DNA of 34,518 nt from a virus (Duplodnaviria; Caudoviricetes), in the IMG/VR virus record IMGVR_UViG_3300016466_000164, positions 1-34,518 of that record; one strand, 5' to 3'. Of the stretch, positions 1 through 7,706 are shown piece by piece. The notes below the pieces were generated by a model. The model was not told the DNA's origin, searched no databases, and saw only the letters and a program-made list of their open reading frames with translations. Both the position numbers and the translations under genes were made by a program. The stretch's first letter is position 1. Each line of letters starts with the position of its first letter.

Positions 1-3
1 CTT

Positions 4-441
4 GTGTATGTCCCGGAGCCATTGCCAATGAAGGTGGACGAAAACAACCCCTGTGTACTGGCAATTCGTATGCTGGCACCGAAGTATAACGTGCCGGTGG
101 TGGTGGCGCTGACCATCAGTCACACAGAGAGCCGATTCAACCCAAAGGCGGTGAACAGAAACACCAACGGCAGTGTTGACCGTGGGTGTATGCAGATCAA
201 CGGCAGCGCACACCCAAAGGCGTTTGCGCGACAAGAGGATGCTTTTGTGGCCGTCATCAATGTGGACTACGGCCTGCGCTTTCTGCGCGACTTGTACCAG
301 GAAACCGGGGACTGGCGAAAGGCAATGGTCAAGTACAACTCCCGTACCCCGGCCAAGCAGACGATCTACCATGGGCACCTGAACAGAAGCTCCCACGCTT
401 TGATGCAGAAGCCTCTGGAAAAGGTTCTGGCTGGACTTTAA
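4..441 (+). CDS. Lytic transglycosylase (SLT domain), possibly 5'-truncated by the window edge
   Basis: Catalytic motif 'TESRFNPKAVN', 'DRGCMQIN' (GLMQ-like), 'NVDYGLRFL' and 'AMVKYNS', all typical SLT motifs. Confidence 0.85.
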   Translation: MYVPEPLPMKVDENNPCVLAIRMLAPKYNVPVVVALTISHTESRFNPKAVNRNTNGSVDRGCMQINGSAHPKAFARQEDAFVAVINVDYGLRFLRDLYQETGDWRKAMVKYNSRTPAKQTIYHGHLNRSSHALMQKPLEKVLAGL

Positions 442-443
442 GG

Positions 444-472
444 TTGACATTATGGAGCATAGTGCCTATAAT
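444..472 (+). promoter_or_regulatory. Consensus sigma70 promoter
   Basis: TTGACA (444-449), 17-nt spacer, TATAAT (467-472); perfect consensus directly after the SLT stop codon. Confidence 0.9.
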
Positions 473-477
473 ACAAG

Positions 478-705
478 GCAATAGAACTTTCCACGGGATC
501 ATCGACGGATGACCGCACCCCGGAAAGTCAGAGGCCAGAGGCAGCCGCAGGGAGGGAGTGCACTCCTAAAACTAAATGCCTTATTCGGGGAGCCTAACCA
601 CCTTCCTAGCCCGTATACCGAAGTGGTGCTTTCGGCCAATGCGGGAGTATAACAGAGGGGCGGTAACTGCGTAGCGGGTGCCGCCCTATGTTATACATCC
701 TGCCG
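478..705 (+). ncRNA. Candidate structured ncRNA or long structured 5' leader (family unknown)
   Basis: Non-coding stretch after the promoter with stems 486-492/522-528, 499-503/508-512, 610-616/639-645, 618-623/629-635, 647-654/689-696 and 658-665/679-686. Confidence 0.5.
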
Positions 706-715
706 CAGAGGAATT

Positions 716-979
716 ATGCCGGATAATGTCATCCCTTTCGGGGGGAAGTCTTCACAGGAGATTGTTGAGCTGAACCTGGAAAAAGAAGTCCTGGACACTG
801 TGAAAGAGGTACTTGACTCGCTTGAAAAAGAGCCGTATGAACACGCCATCATCTTGCTTGGGAATTGCGGGCAAATGCCCCGCATTATGACAAGCCCGAT
901 GTTACCTGAAACAGCAACATCCATGTTGGCAGATGCACAATGGGCACTCGCATTACTCAAGCATACAGAGCAGCTTTAG
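716..979 (+). CDS. Hypothetical protein (87 aa)
   Basis: ATG preceded by GAGGA; 'DNVIPF' N-terminus is common in phage proteins; first gene after the promoter. Confidence 0.7.
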   Translation: MPDNVIPFGGKSSQEIVELNLEKEVLDTVKEVLDSLEKEPYEHAIILLGNCGQMPRIMTSPMLPETATSMLADAQWALALLKHTEQL

Positions 980-1221
980 TCTCTCTGGCGCTTATCCTGG
1001 CATCAGGGAAAGCGCACTCAGCGTGTTATGAGCATTACGCGCACATAGAACAGCTTCGCAAGCAAAACGCTGTGCTGCTGGAGTATAACCGCCACCTACT
1101 GAGACAGAATACAGAACTCAACTGGAAATTGAGCCGCGTGGATCAAACACACCCTTGGGGGAAAAACCCGGATAAACCAAGGGGGTATGGAAAGGGAATG
1201 AGGTCACTAAGGGATGACTGA
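940..1221 (+). CDS. Hypothetical protein with N-terminal hydrophobic/signal segment and coiled coil (93 aa)
   Basis: Fills the gap to thyX and overlaps its start; 'AALVSLALILASGKAHSA' looks like a signal peptide. Confidence 0.55.
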   Translation: MGTRITQAYRAALVSLALILASGKAHSACYEHYAHIEQLRKQNAVLLEYNRHLLRQNTELNWKLSRVDQTHPWGKNPDKPRGYGKGMRSLRDD

Positions 1222-2143
1222 AATGTTTGTACGGCGCGTTGACGACAGTAACCCTGACCTCCTTGCGGTTAATGCAGCAAGGGTGTCATTTGGCCGGTTT
1301 AAGACGGAGTTTGACGACAAGGACCGAAAGCTGCTGCATTATCTTGCGAAGCATAACCACTGGTCGCCGTTCTCACACCCGCGATATACAGGGCGGTTTG
1401 TGTTCACCAATCAGGTGATCGACAATATCCTTGAAGATCGCACATTGTCTGCCGGAATTGCGAGCTTGCGGATATTGGATTCAGGAGTCACTGTCAAGGT
1501 GATCGAGGCCAACATCTCTCTGTACGGCCTTTTCCGTCTGGGTGGGCACTGGATGGTGAAAGAGATTGCGCCGGAGTGTTACGCTGCGCTTGACGCCCAC
1601 CGGGATCGTATTCTCCCTGCCAAACCGTGTGGGATGCTAATCCGGGACAAGGCCGTTCTGAAGTTCCCTGAGCTTCAATCGGCAACCTTCCATGTCCGGG
1701 CACCGATTGATGTCGCTCGTCAACTTGTCAAGCACACGCAAGGCGTGAGTTGGAATGAGATCAGTCGCCGGTATGTGGACTTCGAGCCTGAGTTCTATAT
1801 GTGGGAGGAGGGCGTCCGGGAGAGGGCAGAGAACAAGAAGCAGGGCAGTGCCGGTGAGTTTGAGGACGACACTCACTATAAGGCCCTGCTGCAATACAAC
1901 ACGGAATCTTGTTTACGGAATTACCGCACTGCGCTAGAATGTGGTATCTGCCCGGAACAGGCAAGAGAGCTGCTCCCGATCAATATGATGACTGAGTGGT
2001 ATTGGACAACAACGCTTGAGCACTGGGACAGAATCCTCAAGCAACGCCTTGATTCACACGCACAGAAGGAAACGCAATATGCCGCGCACTTACTTAAAGA
2101 AGGACTCATTCGAGCCTACCCCGGCCAAAGATTTGGGGATTGA
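1214..2143 (+). CDS. thyX: FAD-dependent thymidylate synthase ThyX (309 aa)
   Basis: Motifs 'NAARVSF', 'HWSPF', 'ARQLVKH...SWNEISRRY', 'PEQARELLP', 'TEWYWT', 'RLDSHAQKETQ'. Confidence 0.93.
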   Translation: MTEMFVRRVDDSNPDLLAVNAARVSFGRFKTEFDDKDRKLLHYLAKHNHWSPFSHPRYTGRFVFTNQVIDNILEDRTLSAGIASLRILDSGVTVKVIEANISLYGLFRLGGHWMVKEIAPECYAALDAHRDRILPAKPCGMLIRDKAVLKFPELQSATFHVRAPIDVARQLVKHTQGVSWNEISRRYVDFEPEFYMWEEGVRERAENKKQGSAGEFEDDTHYKALLQYNTESCLRNYRTALECGICPEQARELLPINMMTEWYWTTTLEHWDRILKQRLDSHAQKETQYAAHLLKEGLIRAYPGQRFGD

Positions 2144-2489
2144 GCACTTCTACTACACTACAAAGGAAAGCTCTTACCTATTTAAAATTATTCACGTTCG
2201 GAAACAAAAGTATTACACCGGGATTGCAAAACACCCTAACAAGGGCGTGCATTGGTCTGCTAGAGGCAAGGTGTATCCAAATATGTCAGCAGTGCGTCGG
2301 GCACTCCAAATCCTGACCACGGATTTGGCGGAGAAGTACCCGGATGAGGGACTGACTTCGGACAATTTAGGAGTCATTGCGGTTGTGAGCAAGCCATATT
2401 GCTATATCCCTGCAACGACATTTGACAAGTACCGGGACGGCGTGATCGCTGCGAATATGTATCAAGACTTTCAGAAGGTGCGGCCATGA
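2079..2489 (+). CDS. Hypothetical protein (136 aa; start re-called from 2016 to 2079)
   Basis: ATG at 2079 has GAAGGAA upstream; stop overlaps the next start (ATGA). Confidence 0.6.
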   Translation: MPRTYLKKDSFEPTPAKDLGIEHFYYTTKESSYLFKIIHVRKQKYYTGIAKHPNKGVHWSARGKVYPNMSAVRRALQILTTDLAEKYPDEGLTSDNLGVIAVVSKPYCYIPATTFDKYRDGVIAANMYQDFQKVRP

Positions 2490-2791
2490 AGTATATCCCG
2501 ACTTGTTTACTGATCCTGACATCTGCTTGTACGCCTATCGAAAAGCGTGCTCCCAGTTATGAGTACAGCATCGTGACGATGTGCCGTACAGGGGCAGATG
2601 CGCTGGAAGTTCTCACTGTGCGCCATACAGAAAAGCCCCTGTCTCCCAGCCAGGTTGCGACAACCAGAGAAGCGGCAACTGCTCTTGCTGACGTGTGTAT
2701 GCAGGAAGATATTCCCACTGAGCACGAGATGTGGGATATTGCAAATGACGCTGTGAAGAATCTTTTGATTATTAAAGGGGAAACAGAATGA
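2486..2791 (+). CDS. Putative lipoprotein (101 aa)
   Basis: N-terminus MKYIPTCLLILTSAC is a short signal with an imperfect lipobox Cys; ATGA coupling at both ends. Confidence 0.55.
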   Translation: MKYIPTCLLILTSACTPIEKRAPSYEYSIVTMCRTGADALEVLTVRHTEKPLSPSQVATTREAATALADVCMQEDIPTEHEMWDIANDAVKNLLIIKGETE

Positions 2792-2994
2792 TTACAAAAG
2801 ACAACGCCGCCCTTTTGGTGGCGGCGCTGAATACAATTTCGTCTATCGCTGAGATTGTCAAGGATGTTCAGGATGGTCGATATGCCAAGACCGATCCTGA
2901 AACACTCAAGGAATTACAGCGAAAGTGGGATAGAACGCGAGAGCGTTTTGAAGGGGTGGCAAAGAGCTTCTTCGACATCACGAAGGTTTCTTGA
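2788..2994 (+). CDS. Hypothetical protein (68 aa)
   Basis: ATGA-coupled, AAGGGG upstream; last + strand gene, converging on the late operon. Confidence 0.6.
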   Translation: MITKDNAALLVAALNTISSIAEIVKDVQDGRYAKTDPETLKELQRKWDRTRERFEGVAKSFFDITKVS

Positions 2995-3163
2995 TTTCTT
3001 CCCGGATTACTTCGTAAAGTCCAATTAAGGCAACAACAGCCCCTAACACCGATGATAGTAACTCAGGGCTAATGGCAACGCCAACACCACTGAGGATGAC
3101 GAGAAGGCCCGCTTTTGTGGATGGTTCCACGAGGCGGGCTTTTGTCCATGCGAGTAGCTTCAT
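2978..3163 (-). CDS. Small two-TM holin-like membrane protein (61 aa)
   Basis: 'RLVEPSTKAG' followed by two hydrophobic segments and a charged tail; AGGTGA RBS. Confidence 0.6.
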   Translation of the reverse strand: MKLLAWTKARLVEPSTKAGLLVILSGVGVAISPELLSSVLGAVVALIGLYEVIREEIKKPS

Positions 3164-3179
3164 AATTCACCTATTCTGA

Positions 3180-6100
3180 TTATGTTTCTGGAAATTCTAC
3201 TGAGATGCCGCTGGCTTTTTTATCTATATCTTCTTCTTTTAACTTGTCATAGCTTTCCAACAAGTCCGCAACGGCTTGAGCACTGATTGCAGATGTCGAG
3301 GTGGTAGCAAGTGCCCCTGCCCATGTTCCGGGGCCTGCACCATCTTTAGCTCCCTCAGTCATAACCGTAGCACGGATTTTTCCTCCCGGCGGCGTGTACA
3401 ACATTGCATCAAGATCACGCTTGTTGCGCTGCCACTCAGGGGACTTTGTGATGGAGCGCATAAAATCGCGCAGCATATCATCCCGCTGTTTCATCAGGGA
3501 GGTGATGTAAGCCCCTTTGGTAGGGTCGCCCCCTTCTTCGCGTTCCGGTGTTCCGATAGAGGGGTCCTGAACGATGGAGTTCAGTGAAGCGTTGATGCTT
3601 TTCAACTCATCTGCGATTGGCTCAAGTTGCTCATATAGGGCGACAAGATCGCCATACTGCTCCATAAACTCGTTTAAGCGATCATCCTCTTCTTCTGTTG
3701 CCGTGTCATTAGTAGCACTCTTTTCGAGCTGGTTATATGCGTCATACACCGGACGGAGGTTAAAAGACAGGTTTTGGAACTGTTTATAGTCTTCTGTGGC
3801 TTCGCCCACGCTGACGCCAAACCGGCCCAGCACACCAAGGCCTTCTGGTCGAGCGGCCATTTCAGGGCCAATGGCGGCTTCATTAATCATGTCTCCAATA
3901 GCATCCTTGATAATGGCCCCGGTCATGCCAGGAAGCATAATATTCACGACGAAATCAGTTTTGCCGGGGGAGAACCCAAAGTGCTCCGCAACGGCAGCAG
4001 CAATCGGTGACGTGTTTACTCGTATCTGTTCCTTGGCGGACTCTTCTTTCAGGTGTGCCGGAGTCAAGGGGAATCCTTGTGAGGACACGCCGCCGATAAG
4101 AGCAGAAACATCCTGTACAAGAGTCGGGGCTGCTGACATAAGTGTCGGAACGCCCCGTGTAACGGCCATAGTTACATCTGCGGCAGCTTTGGCCGGACGT
4201 GGCTCGTGCCCATTCATGTGTCGGACAAGTTCTTCCGTTACAGCGAAAAATATTGGAGAGAAGGAGAACCCTACCACCGGAATTGAAATGACCTCCATGC
4301 CATATTCATCCCGCAACTCTTTGGGGAGAGCTACGTTAAACATTCCAGGTGCGCGGTACTTGTCTGTGATCGGGACACCAGTCTCGTCCACCTGCGTCAT
4401 ATTCCACGAGGATAACAATGCTGCTGGCGGAACCAGCGTCATCATCCCATACTTGATAATGCGCTCAGGCCCATACCTTACCCGGCGAGCCATATCATTC
4501 ATGCCCTGTATCGCAGCGTTTAGAAACATGCTCAGGCGGTAAGTGCCACGGAACAAGGGAGAAGAAGATTGAGCAAACAGGTTAGTAGAAATATTTTTCG
4601 CCTGCTCAACAGCAGCCTCGTGGTCAACGCCCTTCTCGCGCAGCCTCTTGTAGATCGACCACCGGCTTGACAATTCAAAGCGGCTCACCCACTCAGTGTT
4701 GTACGCCTCCCACACGTCATTCAAGGCATTCCGCGCACGGCCCATGCGCGTACCGCTTCGCATAGCGGAAGCAACCTGTCGAGTAGCATCCTTTGTGCGT
4801 TCCGCAGCATCTGATCCCATTCCTGGCCGGACTGTGCTGCCACGAGTAACGCCAAGGCCGGAAAGAAACTCGTGATATAGTGGATCGCTTTTGAACTTTG
4901 TCTTGGCCCAGTCCCTCAGAGGGGTGTATATTGGAATGAAATCTGTACCAAGACCAATCTCTTTTGGCAAACGTAATGCAGACTCTGCCTGATCTTTCAT
5001 GAAGGTTATGGGAGAGAACATGGCGTCGAGTGTCGTAATAGCATTTCGGCGCAACGCCGTGTACTTGCCCATCCACTCCCATATATTACTATTGACCACA
5101 TCCTCGCCCAAACTCCTTTTGCCGCGCATTCTCTCATCAATGCGGGCCAGAGATGCAAACAGGGGTGAGTCATGGATGTGTAGCCTCAACTTCACACCAT
5201 TAACAAACACGTCAAAGCCTGGCTCACCGGCGATTTGCCTTGCCCCAGTGCCGTACTCCTCCAGCAGGTTCACTGTTTTTTTGTCGAAAAGGCCCTTCTG
5301 CGCCTTTGACATGGCATCTAAAAAGTCCGCCTTAGTGGTGCCATAAATGAACGTCTCCCACACCTCGTCAGGGGCTTGTAACAGGAGATTAAGCGCCTCC
5401 CTATTGCGCTGTAGTGTCTCTGTGTGGTTCGCCATGCGAACGACATCAGCAACAAAAGCATCAAGATAAGGGACTTTCTCCAGCGTCTCTGAGCCTACCC
5501 GCTCTTGCGCTGCCCGGCCAAGTTCCGTGCCGGATTGCACTGTAGGGGACTGCGGGGCCAGTAGGCCAGGAACCTCCTTACGCTTCACCGGCGTGTAGAA
5601 AGGGTTATCCCGCAAGATAATGTTTGCTGTGGTGGCGTTAAGCTCCCCCTGACGCACCTGCTCATCAAGGAACATCCGCGTGATGTTCGCACGTCCTTCG
5701 AGAAAGGAGACCACCCCTTTGTTGCCCTTGTACTGCGCAAGACGTTTAAGGAGCTTCTCACGGGCATCCGGGCCACTGACTTCGCTCGCGATGTACCGTG
5801 CAGAAAAGTCTTTACCATCCTTACCTTTGACGCGGTTCCCCGCAGCATCGAGGACAAACTGCTTTCCGGTCTGCTTATCAATGTCCAGCGTAAACTGTGG
5901 CGTTTGGGTCTGCTGGCCAGACGTGCCTGCTTTCACCAATGCCTGCGCTTCTTCAAGCAGACGGTCGCCTTTGATCTTGTTGCCGGTAACAATATCGAGG
6001 TTGTGCAGGATGCCGGAAACATCTTCCAGAATCTCCTGTGTAGCCCCATTCCGTGCAGCAGTGTCCAGTACTTTCGTCAGCGGCGCAATTTCCATGCGCG

Positions 6101-7706
6101 TCCCTGATGGGGTAAAGATTGCCGGGCCTTCCTGTAGCCCGCCAAGCACCTGACGCAGGAACGATCCAGACCCTTCAACAATGCGCACCAGTGGGTTGCC
6201 CCGCGAGGCAAGCACGTCGAATTTTGACGTTGCCGCCACTGGCTGCCCCGTTTTAGGATCAATCTTAATATGCTGCGCAAGTTTATTCGCCTGACTGAGG
6301 AGGCGGTAATTGAATGCGCCGTCAGCAAGAATGGTGGTTTGTAATTTATTGGTGAGCCTACCAACTTTGTATAGAAACCCGGAAAGCGTTCCTGGTGGGG
6401 GCAGGTTCTGGCCCAGCGAGGAGTAAATGCGCCGCGCCTCTTTTGTCAGGTATGCTATCTCATCCGTCTCAGGGGCCTTGAACGCCTGTTCTTCCGGCAG
6501 AAGGTCTGCCGTCTTTCCTTCGCGCACCTTTGCGTCAAAAGACAGGGCAGCTTTAGCTTCCAGTTCAGGTAAGTACGCCTCAGCAGACCGGCGAAGCGTA
6601 GTGGACGTAAATTGACTCGCTTCATCCAGCGACATCCCTTGGTCAAGAGCGCCAAGAAACAGCTCGTCTTGTACCGTTTTTGGATCATACCCATAGCTTA
6701 GGGCTTTGGTGGCCGTGGCTTCAATCGCCCGCTCCTGATCCGCATCCACCTTCAAGAGGCCGGTTGCCGCATCCTTCTCCAGCTTGGCAGTGGCGACATA
6801 CGCCTGAAGCTCGCCAATTTCCTCTCGATACGCCAAACGGCGAGCGGTGTCTTCATGCCCGCCCGTTCCACGGACTGTAGTCCCGCTGGGAGTGACGACA
6901 TCTTCCTGCGGTGCTGCCGAAACAAGGGACTTCTTCCCTTCCGGCAATGCCCGGCCAGCAATAGCTCCTCCAGTACCACCGAGCAAGCCGCCCGTGATGA
7001 CGGATACGGCCATGCTGGATGCTATCCGGTCGGGCTGTGCCTCAACGCCCTGGTACTGATCCACGGCCACGTTTGCACCTTGCCCGATAGCCGAGGACAC
7101 TCCGGCTTCATACGCACCCCTCGCTGCCCCAGTAGCCAGCCGCATTCCGACGGGAACACCGCCGCCACGCAAAGCGGCTTTCGCAGCAGGCATCCCTGCT
7201 TTGGCGAGAATGCGGGCAGACCCGAAGGGAAGCCAGCTTTCGGGGCTTCCCATAGAACCTGCAACAAACGCCAGAGTGTTCAGCACATCCTTGTGCAGTG
7301 GGTCGCCTGGGTTATAGAACCCCTGCTCCAGTGCATCGTTGATTGATCTGGCTTCTTTTGTGAAAGCGCCTTCCTTCCCTTGTACCAACTTAGCTGCGGC
7401 ACCGGCAGCAGTGGATGACCATCCCCCTTCAAGGTAGTCCATTGCGGTCAACCTTCTGCGCTCAGGGGCAGGTTCCCTTTCCTCATCTGCGCTAGGGCCT
7501 TCCCACTCATACTCCTCGCCTAGAGAGGGGGAAGATTGTTCGTCGGAAGGGGATGGCTGCGCAGGTAAGTCCCATTCGTACTCCTCTGAAAGAGTGCCCG
7601 GTTCCGCCGGAGAAACTCCCCCATCTGCGCTAGGGCCTTCCCACTCATACTCCTCGCCTAGAGAGTCAATAGGTGACACATCGGTACTTGGGCGCTGCTG
7701 AATCAT
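3180..7706 (-). CDS. Large internal virion (ejection) protein (1508 aa)
   Basis: Largest ORF, at the end of the structural operon; Gly/Ala-rich hydrophobic segments. Function inferred from size and position. Confidence 0.7.
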   Translation of the reverse strand: MIQQRPSTDVSPIDSLGEEYEWEGPSADGGVSPAEPGTLSEEYEWDLPAQPSPSDEQSSPSLGEEYEWEGPSADEEREPAPERRRLTAMDYLEGGWSSTAAGAAAKLVQGKEGAFTKEARSINDALEQGFYNPGDPLHKDVLNTLAFVAGSMGSPESWLPFGSARILAKAGMPAAKAALRGGGVPVGMRLATGAARGAYEAGVSSAIGQGANVAVDQYQGVEAQPDRIASSMAVSVITGGLLGGTGGAIAGRALPEGKKSLVSAAPQEDVVTPSGTTVRGTGGHEDTARRLAYREEIGELQAYVATAKLEKDAATGLLKVDADQERAIEATATKALSYGYDPKTVQDELFLGALDQGMSLDEASQFTSTTLRRSAEAYLPELEAKAALSFDAKVREGKTADLLPEEQAFKAPETDEIAYLTKEARRIYSSLGQNLPPPGTLSGFLYKVGRLTNKLQTTILADGAFNYRLLSQANKLAQHIKIDPKTGQPVAATSKFDVLASRGNPLVRIVEGSGSFLRQVLGGLQEGPAIFTPSGTRMEIAPLTKVLDTAARNGATQEILEDVSGILHNLDIVTGNKIKGDRLLEEAQALVKAGTSGQQTQTPQFTLDIDKQTGKQFVLDAAGNRVKGKDGKDFSARYIASEVSGPDAREKLLKRLAQYKGNKGVVSFLEGRANITRMFLDEQVRQGELNATTANIILRDNPFYTPVKRKEVPGLLAPQSPTVQSGTELGRAAQERVGSETLEKVPYLDAFVADVVRMANHTETLQRNREALNLLLQAPDEVWETFIYGTTKADFLDAMSKAQKGLFDKKTVNLLEEYGTGARQIAGEPGFDVFVNGVKLRLHIHDSPLFASLARIDERMRGKRSLGEDVVNSNIWEWMGKYTALRRNAITTLDAMFSPITFMKDQAESALRLPKEIGLGTDFIPIYTPLRDWAKTKFKSDPLYHEFLSGLGVTRGSTVRPGMGSDAAERTKDATRQVASAMRSGTRMGRARNALNDVWEAYNTEWVSRFELSSRWSIYKRLREKGVDHEAAVEQAKNISTNLFAQSSSPLFRGTYRLSMFLNAAIQGMNDMARRVRYGPERIIKYGMMTLVPPAALLSSWNMTQVDETGVPITDKYRAPGMFNVALPKELRDEYGMEVISIPVVGFSFSPIFFAVTEELVRHMNGHEPRPAKAAADVTMAVTRGVPTLMSAAPTLVQDVSALIGGVSSQGFPLTPAHLKEESAKEQIRVNTSPIAAAVAEHFGFSPGKTDFVVNIMLPGMTGAIIKDAIGDMINEAAIGPEMAARPEGLGVLGRFGVSVGEATEDYKQFQNLSFNLRPVYDAYNQLEKSATNDTATEEEDDRLNEFMEQYGDLVALYEQLEPIADELKSINASLNSIVQDPSIGTPEREEGGDPTKGAYITSLMKQRDDMLRDFMRSITKSPEWQRNKRDLDAMLYTPPGGKIRATVMTEGAKDGAGPGTWAGALATTSTSAISAQAVADLLESYDKLKEEDIDKKASGISVEFPET
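7484..7665. repeat. Perfect 44-nt direct repeat (7484-7527 and 7622-7665)
   Basis: catctgcgctagggccttcccactcatactcctcgcctagagag occurs twice, 138 nt apart; encodes SLGEEYEWEGPSAD; a degenerate third EEYEW copy lies between them. Confidence 0.95.

Noticed and set aside
480-700. Resemblance of the structured leader to RNase P RNA (GGAAAGTC) or tmRNA (TCGACGG)
   Set aside because: Only short matches; I could not find the partner conserved regions, a tag reading frame or a tRNA-like CCA end.
7484-7665. CRISPR-like mini-array
   Set aside because: Only two copies, in frame within a CDS, 94-nt gap, no cas genes.
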